Below, piece by piece: positions 27,413-37,698 of a stretch of DNA of 64,000 nucleotides. The position numbers and the translations under genes are program-made. The number at the start of each line of letters is the position of its first letter. Positions within the stretch are counted from its first letter, which is position 1. Origin of the DNA: Patescibacteria group bacterium (GTDB taxonomy: Bacteria; Patescibacteriota; Patescibacteriia; UBA9934); assembly GCA_041659765.1 (NCBI GenBank), contig JBAZXR010000001.1, forward strand, positions 659,338-723,337. The letters run 5' to 3'. Under the pieces are notes generated by a model. The model was not told where the DNA came from. It did no database searches and was given only the letters and a program-made list of their open reading frames with translations.

Positions 27413-30400
27413 TTATGGCTTCACGATCACCTGTCCGTCGTAGTAGACCCATGGGTCAATGGCGGGATTATTGAAGGGATAATTTAGATAAGCGCATTCA
27501 CTTCCCGTGACACTAGCATCCCCCAAACTCATCCCAAAACATCCACCGTTTGAAGCACCGATCGAAGTCGTGTTACGCGTGTTCGTATCCGCGCACACGC
27601 CTGCGCACCATCCCCAGTTATCTCTTATGTGCACTCTCGGTTGGTAGACGCACGAGGCCTCTGCTGTTCCTCTACCGGTCACACATGGCGAGACTGTGTT
27701 TCTGCCGTTTGCATCAAGCGTGCCGCAAGCTGGCGCGGAAAGAACGGTTTCCGTAGAACACGTATAGATGTGGCTATAGGTAATGTAATTAGGATCACAG
27801 CTCTCCGCAGTCATGCCCCATTCTGAATTCTTGTCACACAGACTAATGTCACCGCCCGACTGGAGACCACGGTGGTTCTTGTAGAAGTTATCGTCTGAAG
27901 AGGAACCAGACACATTCTCTCCGTCTCCCCAGTCCATAATTACTCGGCGCAGTGGCAGCTGGTTCTTATCCGCCGCCGCATAGAATTTTACGCTGGCCCG
28001 CAAGAAGTCCGAGCTCGAGATATCACCTGTGTTCTGGTCGTTAACAGTAATTTGATCCACCGGTCCTTCTTCACACTCGGAACCCTTACAAGTGGTCGGA
28101 TCAATAGCCCAAATCTTTGGGGAGTGTCCCTGCGTGGCCCGGACATCCCATTCGTCTTTAGCGGCAGTATTAATCGTAGTGATAGGCTGAGTGACAAGAT
28201 TCTTCGTACCTGTGGTATAGGATTCAGAGTACGTAATCCTACCCAAACTCTTGGCGAATATTTGGGACAGCAAATCTTTCACTCCCTGTGCAAGCACGCC
28301 TACTTCCGAGAAGGCGGTTTGAGATGCCCACTCGGAGATAGAAACTCCTGTGGAAGCCCCGTTCGGGGCAGATAGATTAGCGCTCAGGTCTGTGTAGGCG
28401 AGAGCTTCAGCCTTGTTAATATCAGGTGTTAAGTCGCTAGCGGTGTAGTCACTCGGTGAACAAGTAAATGCACCCGGTGTGCCTCCTTGTGGCTCAACAT
28501 ATCCATTAACTCCTGGAGGTCCGTCTGCTCCTATCTTTGTACACTGCGCCGGAATAGCTGGGTAACCGCGTGACTTCATCTCTGAAAAGACAGGCGTCGC
28601 GCCAAATGCTCGAAGCTTGATAGATGGAGTGAAAGCGAAGTTTGGCCAAGCAGAACCGACGGTCAATGCATACGCAGCGGCTGAATTATTCAGCCTGTCT
28701 GTCCAAGGAGCACCGCCTAACGTAGAAATATCCTGTACCTGAGCCATTTGATTACAAGCAACATACGACTGATAACGCGACTGATAAGCCCTCCAACCTT
28801 TTCTATCCGTCGTGCCAACCAATCCCTCAACGGATAGCCCGAAGGTAGATGCTACCTTTCCAAAGGATCTTGGACCATCCGAAGCGTCACTGGAAACATC
28901 AAACCTCTGAAATTCCCGTCCCTTAATTACACAGTTGTTAACAGCTGCCTCGATCTTATCGAAGTTTTCAGTAGTTTCTACCCAATACAACTCAAATGTA
29001 TATCCTCCACGGTTTTTTGGGGTCTGCCGAGTCATCGGCGCGACACCTTGAATCGTCGAAGACGAGCATGATGTGCCTGAATCTGCGTTCCTAGAACCGA
29101 TTGGCACACAAACATACGGACAACTGTTGTTTGCATCCCAGCATTTCTTAGTCTGACCGGTTGAGTTGCCGTCACCGAATGGACCGACTACACCATATGT
29201 TCCAGGAGGACATGTGGTGCCAACGTTGATACACCGCTGTTGGACAGAACCACTCGCTTCACGTTCAACACATCCCTCGCCCGTGTATACATCTGCGTAA
29301 AGCTTCATCGAACTGCAATAGTTCGCCTCCTGGCTGAAGCCAGCTTCTACGTTCTTACCGTAAAGATCTGAACTGCCGGCCAGCTGGTCAACTGGCAGCC
29401 AAGTAATACAGGCGTTCTGATCGCGGTCGCCGTTAACGTTGATTGAGCCATCGCGCTCCAAACAGTAGCCGTCCATGCCAAGGAGGACGTCTTCGCGACT
29501 TGCTTTGGAGCATGAGCCGGGGTTGTTTGTTTGATCGTCAGAGCAAGCTGCGTCGTTTTCACAGGCCGCGCCTTTATGCGTGCCAGTAGCACAGACGCCA
29601 ATGCTGTTAGGGACGTAATTCTTAGAGAAGTAGCGCGATTGACCGCCCTCGCCATAAGTTACTTTTTTATAGCTACATAAACAGTCTTCACCGTAAGCAC
29701 AGAAACTGGCGTGTTCAAAACCGCTCCGCGTGTCATACGGAAGGTCATCAATAGTTGGTGTCTCACCGGTGTCTACCTTTGTCTGGTCAGTAGTATCAAG
29801 CCAGGTTTCGACTATATCAGAAGAGAAAGGGCTAGTTGTTTCAGGGTAGGCTCGACATGATTTTCCTTCTGTTGTACCGAACTCAAAAGGTGATCCGTTA
29901 GGCGCCAAGAGACATTGTTTATTGATACAGGTTCCGCTCTTAAGACCAACGGAAGCCGAGAAAATCTGGCCGAGACCGCACGGCAATTCAGGCTTCATGC
30001 GAGTTGGTGGCCGGTATACCACCTGGCCTGAGGTTGCGCTATCAGTTACCACCTTATCACCACGCTGTGAACAAACCTCACTAATACACACGGTGCCAGC
30101 GCCGGGACAGTCCGAATTGGTAACACAGTCTTTCCCTGGCTGCGGCACGTAACACCGTCCTACCACGCAAGCGCCGCCGGAATTGCCACAGTTATCCTGA
30201 GTAGAGCAAGCCGCGCCAGTGTTTTCACAGGTACCGACCGTGCAAGCAGCGCCATAGCTCTGTCCGCACACGCCGGCATTCAAGACCAAGCGGAAATCAT
30301 TACTCACCTGAGGACCAGAACAGAGACCAGCACTGTAGGTGGGAGAAACACCACATTCGGTATCAACCGAACACGGCTTAGCGTTATTCGCCTCGAAAAC

Positions 30401-33400
30401 TTCGTCAGAGATGTTTCGATTGTCATGTAGTCTGGTCAAATCGCAAGTGAATGGCAAGGCCACGTTGGCCTGTTTAAGGGCTTCAACTGGGAACAAATTA
30501 GGAATAGCCATGCCGGAGTATTCACTGCCGTACCAGGTGACGTCACGGGATGTATACCGATCGTTATCAAGAACCACTTTTGGATCTTCAAAATTCCATT
30601 TAGAACAGAAGGATGAACTGCCCTGGGCAGAATATTCAGTACAGAGAGCAATATCAGCACAAACTGTCTTATAGCTGTTAGTGCGCTCGTCCCAAACTGT
30701 CTGCGCGTCAGCACAAGAGAGCCATTCGGAACACTGACGGTTGCGGTTAACAGCCAAGACAGTGTTGGCGTCGTCTTTTAGGCGCGGCACGGTAGCGCCG
30801 GAAGCACAACTCGTAGCTTTTACCAGTTCGCCCTTTTCACTATTCACCGGCGCACAGTCCGCTGAGTTATAACAGGAAGAACCGTAAATATTGAGGGTAC
30901 TGGCCTGGGCCGTCAAATCTTTCACCGCACTTTCTGCGTACACACAGCGCTTGGCACACAGGTCTACGCTAGCGCCTGACGGAGTGGTGATAGTGGTAGC
31001 GTTGCTATCGCAGTCGATCGGATCAACAAGCGAGAACGGCTGGGCATTAAACAGCGCGTCAGCGTGACGAGAAGACATTTCAGTGGCAGAACTGTTGGCA
31101 TTTTTAGCGGACACTGAAGTGTCATTAAACAGGGCACAGCCGCCCTTGAGCGAAACCTTGCCATTACATTCCGTACCGGTGACTGATGATCGAGCTGAGC
31201 CAAGTGACGATGACAGCGTGAAGTACGGCGTGCCGTCAGAGTTAGCGTAAATTTCATTATCGCCAATAGCTAACGGATCCTGATACTCAGAACAAGAGTT
31301 GTACTGGTTGGCACAAGTACCCACCCAACCGGCATAGGCGGTATCACCATTCTTCCAAATGCCGGACTGATTCCCGCCAATTACATAGTTCGGCGAGTTG
31401 TAGCACAGCTCAGTCGTGCCAGTCTTGAACCAACCGTCATAGGACGTGGTGCCGACGGTCACGTTGGTCTTGTATTCACAGGTCCTATCGCCTGGATCCT
31501 TAAAGTAATATTGCGTACCACCAGTCCCGGTCCAAGCAGAACAGAAGAGAGCATTCTGGGTACAGAGAGTGGTGGAGTAGGCTGCTGGGTCATTCTTTAA
31601 GAAGATGGACTTAGCGCCGGTGGTAGCAGTTTTTGTCTGGTTGTAGTTAGGCTTGCCATATTCAGTGCAGCCCTTGGCGTCATCCGTACATTTTACAGAA
31701 TCGTTCACCACTAAGAACACGTCTTTATCAGCCGGCGTGACGAGCGTCGATGGCACGTATTTGAGATGAGCTGGCAAATTTACCGGAGCTACATACCAGC
31801 TCAAGTTAAATGGACAGCTAGTAAAGCCGGTGCCAATAGTACAAAGGAGCGGGGTAGCCGTGTTGTAGACAGCACCGGTGGTGCCGTAATAACAAGCAGT
31901 AGCTGTCAAAGCAACTGACCCGTCAAGCGTGCCGCAGGTAGCATTATGAACTTCAGCATGAGGCGACTCGCTCTCCTGCGTCATGAAGAAGCTGGCACAA
32001 CCAACCTTATCTTCCGCACAAAGCTTGCTAAAACTCTTAACATTTACCGTAGCTCCAGTCTGGGTAGAGTAAGCTTGGCAACCCAAGTAATACTGAGGAG
32101 CGGCCGTGCCGGTTGGCGTCTTATCACAAACCGCTGGGGTGACCCATGAGTTCTTAATCAACATGACCTTATCCTGACCCTCGCGGAGCACGATGTTGTC
32201 TACAAACACCGAACCAACTGGCACAAAGGCTAGCGCAGTCCCCACGCCAAACCTAGAATCATTCATGTTCAATGGGCCAAGCGAATATTGCTGCCAACCA
32301 GAAGTCAAAGCGACCGTACCGAAGTTTGCATCCAGAGCAGGCGCGCTAGTGGCCTGATAATCAAAGCCAGCGGCAAGATTGCCTGAGCCCTTCGCTAAGA
32401 AAGACAAGGTGTAAGTTTTACCGCTGAATAGTTGCCCCTGAAGTGCGCTGACTGTGGTCGCAAAAGCGGCGGAAGTTGAAATTGAGTGACCACCGGTAGC
32501 CAATGATTCGTTGCTCAAAACGAGCGAAGCTGGAACCGTTGAAGTCCACTTGGTTAGGTTGCCGTCTTCAATCAAATCTTGATACGCAACTCGACTATTA
32601 CGACTACGACCACCAGTGTATTCTCGACAACCATTAGCTGTGGCAGGACAAGTCCGGCTCTCAGAAGTTAATCCGTTGTAGCGACAAGTACCGGCAGAAA
32701 TATCGAAGAATCCGCCGGAAGCTACACAGGTAGACTGTCTGGAAAGCTCGTCGGCGCCGGCAATATCTGTCTTGCGGTAGTTAGCGCAAGCAGCATCGAC
32801 CGTCACTGTATCTAACCAGGTTCGATAGTGAATAATACCGTTTGTGTCATAGAACTCTCGGCAGTCAGCGTTGCTAAAAATGTCCGCATGCGAGTTGCAC
32901 GAAGCATCAGCCGCCCAATCGTAAGTATCACTACAAGTGATGCCAGAAACAGTCGAGGTCCAATGGGTACATGGGGCATCAGAAGGAGCCGTGTCAGTCG
33001 TGACCGGAGAAGTGTTCGAGTAATCGCGCGGCGTTGGGCCAAGATTTGACTCGAGGAGTGTCCACGTTTTCAGCTGATAACCAGCGTTATCAGAACCTTC
33101 CCACGTGTAGAACGTAGCCGCTTTGTCATCCTGCGTGTTAGCTTCCGCCTGGGCCGGTGTCACACAAGCACGAACGTAAGTGAAATAGGCCTTGCTCTCA
33201 TCAGCTAGATTAGTAAACTCATCGCAACCAGCATTCTGGGCAGTACAAGTCTTAGCCGAAGCCGGAATAAAATGTAATGGGAAAAGGCCATTCGGCTCAT
33301 ACCGCGTAGCTTCTTGCTTGTAAGTATCGTAGCCTACGCAAATAGCAGGACAGAAATCTAACTCGCTAATCACCCCCGTAACTGCTGGATCTCCATTCGC

Positions 33401-36133
33401 TGGAGTGTAGGCGCTACAACCGTTGTCATTTTCGCCACAAACTTTAGCGTACTTGGCACATTCCACGGAGTCTGTCGCGGCTCCCGTACATCCAAGATAT
33501 GACGGAGGAACCTTAACCACCTCTTTGGCCAATGTGGTCGAGGAATATCCGTCATGGAAGTTAGTCGCGAGCGGTCCCTGCTCGACCTGGACGTCATCGA
33601 TCCAAGCCTGACCAGGCATCAGGTCAACAAAGGCGAAAATTCTGGCCGCCGCGTTAGCCTGAATGGGCGAAGTAAAAGTACAGCTAAAACGCTCGTAGGT
33701 AGTGCCGGTTGGCTGACCAGTCAAAACCACAGCATCCATCTTTCCGTCATTGTTGCCATCTTTAAAATCACAGGAGATGGCGTTAGCACTCGCCGACTTG
33801 CTGGTTCCTCCAAGGTCAACCGACGGCGGAACAGCCGATCCATCGTCAACTCCAAAGCCAATATAGAGCTGTCCTTTATCCGTGCTGCCAGCAGCCGTCT
33901 GTCGGGCATAGAAAGACATGGTGTAGAAACGGCTCTGAGAGAACTCCACTCCCGGTTCATAAACAATTCCCGCTCCGGTCTTGATGGCATTAGAGCCTGA
34001 GCGCGACAACGTACCGGTTGTATCCCAAGTCGGCCCGGTGCTCGGCGAGAAATACCAGCCGTCAGGCAACGTGTTGTTATCTGTATTGGCCTCAAGACTT
34101 GGGTTAACCAGCATGTTCAAACTCAAATTCTTGTCCCTAATAACTAGTTCCTTACAGCCCCCGTTCTCAGCCTCACACTTTTCAACTTTGCCAGTGTAGT
34201 AAGTTCGGTTCTTAAAGGCGTTAGCGTCTGCATCAGCAGTGGCTACGCTTGAAATGATTGGATAACTAAAGGTCCCGGTAGAATCCTTCGTCTTATTATT
34301 CACGTACCACTGACACCCAGCATTATCCGCCGTACATGGGCCTGGATCAGTGGTGTTGCGCAAATAAGACGCGGTCTTCTCCGAGTTCTTGACCGTAATA
34401 CAAGAAGCAAATTGTTTTGGACATGACTGTCCGCGGAACTGCCAGACATTTTCTTCACGCACACAATATCCGTAGCCGCCAGTACAATTTCCGTTTTCAT
34501 CTTCCGCAATACAACTTGGCATGTCTACACACTCATCCTGACGCTCGTTGGAAGCATTGGAAGTCAAAAGCTGGCCATTCACGCTCGCCCGACACTGAGT
34601 TTGTGGATACTTGAGTACCCAGTTTGGATCAATCAACTTACACCATGGGTGATCCTTATTAGGCCGACCGGCCGAATCACAATCATTAAACCCGGCCACT
34701 ACTTTGCGCAGAGTAACCGGATCATTAGCTGAATTGAACTCTGAATCGGCTGCAAACTCCCAACCAACAGACAGGACACGAGCCTTTCTTAGTTTAACCA
34801 AATTTGAATAACAATATCCGTAGGTAGAACAAAATGGGTCCTGATTTCTGGCATGGTCTGAACTTGGAATTAGCGGCCAATCGGACTTCAGGAGCCCGTC
34901 ATCCATAGCCTCCTGCACAGTCATAGGCACTCCCGATGAAGCACGAGCGATAGCTGAGATAAATGAACTATCAGCTACACAGTTATACAATCCCCGGTTT
35001 GTTTGCGGGCATGAACTAAAATCTGCCAAGATGCTGTAGTTAGAAATCTGCAAAGGCGTGGCAGTGAAGATAGCCTTAAAACGTGCGCGTAAAGCGTCAG
35101 AGTTGCCCTGCGCAAAGGAACTTGGATCGAATGGATCTGTATTCTGCAGGGCCGGATCAACATCAAATAAACCCGTGTAGACTCGTTCGGAAAGTTTCGA
35201 AAGCAAAGTGTTAGTAAAAATACTGCCGGCGTGAATACCGACTTGCAATAACGCATCAGTATTTGCCAAAATACCAATCAACGCGTCTTTACCAATGTTC
35301 TTTTGAGCGGTGAAGGCGTTAGTCGTAGTGGTATCAATCATTTTGGCTGGCGTAGTCACCTGACCGGAAATAAAATCAGTTACAGATTTATAATCTCCGT
35401 TACTCAAACGTTGCTCAGCCTGCAAATTAGCCTCGGCGTAAGAAGAATTAATTACGTTCGAGGTCAGCGCTATTCCTACCGAAAATTCTGTCGTACTTGG
35501 GTCAAAGGAATCGGCTAATTTAGTTAAAATATGCTGATTTCTTGCATCTCCACCGCTGATTTGAGTTGATACATCAGCAATAAAGCCCTTCCAGTTTGAA
35601 ACGACTTTATTCAACTCACATTTTGGCTTAACGTCAGCTGGCTTAAAGGCTGATTTGATTCCGAACTTAAACGACAGCAGCACGTTGGCGCTACCCGGAG
35701 CACACAAGTTAAAATTCTTAAGCACGCCTCCTGGTCCATTTATCTCGTCGCTCAACAAACCGATAGCTTCTCCGGCCGTAGCATCTGCCCAGTCTTTCTT
35801 AAAGGTCTTCCAAGGATGCTGATCTACCAGTGGAGTGCCACCAGGACCCGCCCCGCCCAGACGAACTGCGGCCTCATAAGCTGCCTTGTCTGCAGCAAAG
35901 GTCATCAGGTTAATCAAGTAAGTGACAATGGAGGTGGTGAGAGTATTTTTCGCGACTGCCTTCCCATTATCTACAACGCGGTTCGCAATATCCTGCGCGG
36001 TAAGATCAGGACTCACAGTGGCTAATTGAGCGGCAGCAACCTGAGGCAATGTCAACACGGAAACCAAAATACCCCCAATAAAGAGTTGCTTAACAATCTT
36101 GAAAGAGAGGGGAATTTTGAAATTTCTTTGCAC
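27413..36133 (-). CDS. giant (2906 aa) Cys-rich secreted/surface protein with carbohydrate-binding-like and PKD-like modules
   Basis: N-terminal signal, dense Cys, N.L.NPS.E...PDGW / WIDDVQVEQG beta-sandwich signatures, C..DxDC repeats, DWGDG near C-terminus. Confidence 0.8.
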   Translation of the reverse strand: MQRNFKIPLSFKIVKQLFIGGILVSVLTLPQVAAAQLATVSPDLTAQDIANRVVDNGKAVAKNTLTTSIVTYLINLMTFAADKAAYEAAVRLGGAGPGGTPLVDQHPWKTFKKDWADATAGEAIGLLSDEINGPGGVLKNFNLCAPGSANVLLSFKFGIKSAFKPADVKPKCELNKVVSNWKGFIADVSTQISGGDARNQHILTKLADSFDPSTTEFSVGIALTSNVINSSYAEANLQAEQRLSNGDYKSVTDFISGQVTTPAKMIDTTTTNAFTAQKNIGKDALIGILANTDALLQVGIHAGSIFTNTLLSKLSERVYTGLFDVDPALQNTDPFDPSSFAQGNSDALRARFKAIFTATPLQISNYSILADFSSCPQTNRGLYNCVADSSFISAIARASSGVPMTVQEAMDDGLLKSDWPLIPSSDHARNQDPFCSTYGYCYSNLVKLRKARVLSVGWEFAADSEFNSANDPVTLRKVVAGFNDCDSAGRPNKDHPWCKLIDPNWVLKYPQTQCRASVNGQLLTSNASNERQDECVDMPSCIAEDENGNCTGGYGYCVREENVWQFRGQSCPKQFASCITVKNSEKTASYLRNTTDPGPCTADNAGCQWYVNNKTKDSTGTFSYPIISSVATADADANAFKNRTYYTGKVEKCEAENGGCKELVIRDKNLSLNMLVNPSLEANTDNNTLPDGWYFSPSTGPTWDTTGTLSRSGSNAIKTGAGIVYEPGVEFSQSRFYTMSFYARQTAAGSTDKGQLYIGFGVDDGSAVPPSVDLGGTSKSASANAISCDFKDGNNDGKMDAVVLTGQPTGTTYERFSCTFTSPIQANAAARIFAFVDLMPGQAWIDDVQVEQGPLATNFHDGYSSTTLAKEVVKVPPSYLGCTGAATDSVECAKYAKVCGENDNGCSAYTPANGDPAVTGVISELDFCPAICVGYDTYKQEATRYEPNGLFPLHFIPASAKTCTAQNAGCDEFTNLADESKAYFTYVRACVTPAQAEANTQDDKAATFYTWEGSDNAGYQLKTWTLLESNLGPTPRDYSNTSPVTTDTAPSDAPCTHWTSTVSGITCSDTYDWAADASCNSHADIFSNADCREFYDTNGIIHYRTWLDTVTVDAACANYRKTDIAGADELSRQSTCVASGGFFDISAGTCRYNGLTSESRTCPATANGCREYTGGRSRNSRVAYQDLIEDGNLTKWTSTVPASLVLSNESLATGGHSISTSAAFATTVSALQGQLFSGKTYTLSFLAKGSGNLAAGFDYQATSAPALDANFGTVALTSGWQQYSLGPLNMNDSRFGVGTALAFVPVGSVFVDNIVLREGQDKVMLIKNSWVTPAVCDKTPTGTAAPQYYLGCQAYSTQTGATVNVKSFSKLCAEDKVGCASFFMTQESESPHAEVHNATCGTLDGSVALTATACYYGTTGAVYNTATPLLCTIGTGFTSCPFNLSWYVAPVNLPAHLKYVPSTLVTPADKDVFLVVNDSVKCTDDAKGCTEYGKPNYNQTKTATTGAKSIFLKNDPAAYSTTLCTQNALFCSAWTGTGGTQYYFKDPGDRTCEYKTNVTVGTTSYDGWFKTGTTELCYNSPNYVIGGNQSGIWKNGDTAYAGWVGTCANQYNSCSEYQDPLAIGDNEIYANSDGTPYFTLSSSLGSARSSVTGTECNGKVSLKGGCALFNDTSVSAKNANSSATEMSSRHADALFNAQPFSLVDPIDCDSNATTITTPSGASVDLCAKRCVYAESAVKDLTAQASTLNIYGSSCYNSADCAPVNSEKGELVKATSCASGATVPRLKDDANTVLAVNRNRQCSEWLSCADAQTVWDERTNSYKTVCADIALCTEYSAQGSSSFCSKWNFEDPKVVLDNDRYTSRDVTWYGSEYSGMAIPNLFPVEALKQANVALPFTCDLTRLHDNRNISDEVFEANNAKPCSVDTECGVSPTYSAGLCSGPQVSNDFRLVLNAGVCGQSYGAACTVGTCENTGAACSTQDNCGNSGGACVVGRCYVPQPGKDCVTNSDCPGAGTVCISEVCSQRGDKVVTDSATSGQVVYRPPTRMKPELPCGLGQIFSASVGLKSGTCINKQCLLAPNGSPFEFGTTEGKSCRAYPETTSPFSSDIVETWLDTTDQTKVDTGETPTIDDLPYDTRSGFEHASFCAYGEDCLCSYKKVTYGEGGQSRYFSKNYVPNSIGVCATGTHKGAACENDAACSDDQTNNPGSCSKASREDVLLGMDGYCLERDGSINVNGDRDQNACITWLPVDQLAGSSDLYGKNVEAGFSQEANYCSSMKLYADVYTGEGCVEREASGSVQQRCINVGTTCPPGTYGVVGPFGDGNSTGQTKKCWDANNSCPYVCVPIGSRNADSGTSCSSSTIQGVAPMTRQTPKNRGGYTFELYWVETTENFDKIEAAVNNCVIKGREFQRFDVSSDASDGPRSFGKVASTFGLSVEGLVGTTDRKGWRAYQSRYQSYVACNQMAQVQDISTLGGAPWTDRLNNSAAAYALTVGSAWPNFAFTPSIKLRAFGATPVFSEMKSRGYPAIPAQCTKIGADGPPGVNGYVEPQGGTPGAFTCSPSDYTASDLTPDINKAEALAYTDLSANLSAPNGASTGVSISEWASQTAFSEVGVLAQGVKDLLSQIFAKSLGRITYSESYTTGTKNLVTQPITTINTAAKDEWDVRATQGHSPKIWAIDPTTCKGSECEEGPVDQITVNDQNTGDISSSDFLRASVKFYAAADKNQLPLRRVIMDWGDGENVSGSSSDDNFYKNHRGLQSGGDISLCDKNSEWGMTAESCDPNYITYSHIYTCSTETVLSAPACGTLDANGRNTVSPCVTGRGTAEASCVYQPRVHIRDNWGWCAGVCADTNTRNTTSIGASNGGCFGMSLGDASVTGSECAYLNYPFNNPAIDPWVYYDGQVIVKP

Positions 36134-36136
36134 AGT

Positions 36137-36823
36137 TTATGGGGTAGGCGTTAAAGTCGCTAGAAGCTCTAGATACAGTTTCTGGACATCGGCGTCTGCC
36201 ATCGCGTTTATTTTCGTTGCCTCGGCACCGGAAGAAATGAGAGTCTCTCTAACCTTATCAATTGGCAAAGACTTCAGTTTCTCAATATCACCTGCTGTTA
36301 ATGAACCGGAAGCCGCACTAGCAGAAAGCGAGGCGTCTCCCCCGACTCCAGTTGGTGGAACTGGTGCAACCGGAGCGGGAAATTGATCTGTAAAACTGCT
36401 CGCACTCGTATCCGGGACGAACGCCCCCGAGTCAGCCACACCAGCGGTACAGGTCGCCCCGGTCTTACAAAGAGGATCTGTGCCACTCGTAACCTCAGTC
36501 CTATCATCTATCCCATCCGAATCCGTGTCAGAAAGATACGGACTGGTGCCGTAGACGTTCTTTTCGTCATAGTCTGACAAACCGTCACTATCTGTATCCG
36601 CTGCCTTTGCCCTAGCAACTTCCGCCTGCGTAGCGCTGTCCCCAATAAGAAGCTGGGGACCAGTGTAGGTAATGATGAACGGCGCAGCTAAGTGATTCCA
36701 AACATAGAAGGCGCCTAAAATGACAGCACCTGCTCCACAAATTATAACAAAAATAAGGCCGACTTTTTGTTCTTTCCCCAACTCCGGCCGGGGCTCCTGC
36801 AAAACGAACCCTTGCTCATCCAT
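36137..36823 (-). CDS. membrane-anchored protein with bacterial thrombospondin type 3 Ca-binding repeats
   Basis: TM, DTDSDGLSDYDE...GTSP..DTDSDGIDD..E...GTDP. Confidence 0.8.
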   Translation of the reverse strand: MDEQGFVLQEPRPELGKEQKVGLIFVIICGAGAVILGAFYVWNHLAAPFIITYTGPQLLIGDSATQAEVARAKAADTDSDGLSDYDEKNVYGTSPYLSDTDSDGIDDRTEVTSGTDPLCKTGATCTAGVADSGAFVPDTSASSFTDQFPAPVAPVPPTGVGGDASLSASAASGSLTAGDIEKLKSLPIDKVRETLISSGAEATKINAMADADVQKLYLELLATLTPTP

Positions 36824-36858
36824 ACCGGATAATTATATCACGCTGAAACCGAGAATTC

Positions 36859-36937
36859 GTCTCCACTCTGAGCCATGCGAAGAGTCCGACCCTCAGAGGG
36901 GAAAGTCGGATCCTTCGCTCTCGCTCAGGATGGGGAC
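36859..36937. repeat. REP-doublet-like element overlapping the rsmA stop
   Basis: GTCTCCACTCTGAGC..GCGAAGAGTC and GATCCTTCGC..GCTCAGGATGGGGAC imperfect inverted arms. Confidence 0.6.
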
Positions 36938-37698
36938 AAGAAGCTAAGATCAATCCAATCTTTCAAACTCAACTCTTCAGCGCGGGCAAGGGGCGAATGG
37001 CCGAGTTCGACGAGTTTAGCCTTCACGGCTTCGCTCAAAAAAAGAGACGCTTCTGACAAATTTCTATGCAACTGCTTCCGGCGGTTCGCAAAACCGGCTT
37101 TAGCTACCTCGATAACTCGGAGGGGGTTCGGAACAAGGGGCGAAGGATGCGGCACAAGTTTCAAAACCATGGATTCTACCTTTGGCGGAGGAGAAAAGGC
37201 GCCCGGAGGAACTATACATACCCTTTCCACCTGTGCGTAAAGCTGAACGGCGACGGAGAGTACACCCGGGTTGATCCAAAGCATCCGCTCCCCTACTTCT
37301 TTCTGGAGCATAACAACCGAGCGTGTCGGCGGATTCTTCGACGTGAGCACGTTCATCAGGATAGCGTTGCCGGAGTTGTAGGGAAGATTTGAAACGAATG
37401 TCCAAGTTTTGGAGTTGTAAAGTTGTAAAGTTGTTGAGAAATCGTATTTCGCGGCGTCAGCCTTGATGATAGTTGCCTCTGGAAACTGAGCTGTTAGGCT
37501 AGGAATCAACTCGGCGTCAGCTTCGATCAAAACAAGCTTTGAGGAAATAGGAGCTAGACCCTTGGTCAACGCGCCAGTTCCCGGCCCGACTTCAACTACA
37601 AGATCGCCGGGTGCAATTTCTGCCGCGGCAATGATCTTATCAATGACCGACTGATCTTTTAAGAAATGCTGGCCGTACGATTTTTTCGCGAGTACCAC
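36925..37698 (-). CDS. rsmA: 16S rRNA adenine dimethyltransferase
   Basis: KKSYGQHFL, EVGPGTGALT, SNLPYN, FSPPPKVES, FANRRKQL, RAEELS. Confidence 0.95.
   Translation of the reverse strand: MVLAKKSYGQHFLKDQSVIDKIIAAAEIAPGDLVVEVGPGTGALTKGLAPISSKLVLIEADAELIPSLTAQFPEATIIKADAAKYDFSTTLQLYNSKTWTFVSNLPYNSGNAILMNVLTSKNPPTRSVVMLQKEVGERMLWINPGVLSVAVQLYAQVERVCIVPPGAFSPPPKVESMVLKLVPHPSPLVPNPLRVIEVAKAGFANRRKQLHRNLSEASLFLSEAVKAKLVELGHSPLARAEELSLKDWIDLSFLSPS

Noticed and set aside
27413-36133. Diversity-generating retroelement target or intein in the giant protein
   Set aside because: No reverse transcriptase, template/variable repeat pair or intein motifs seen
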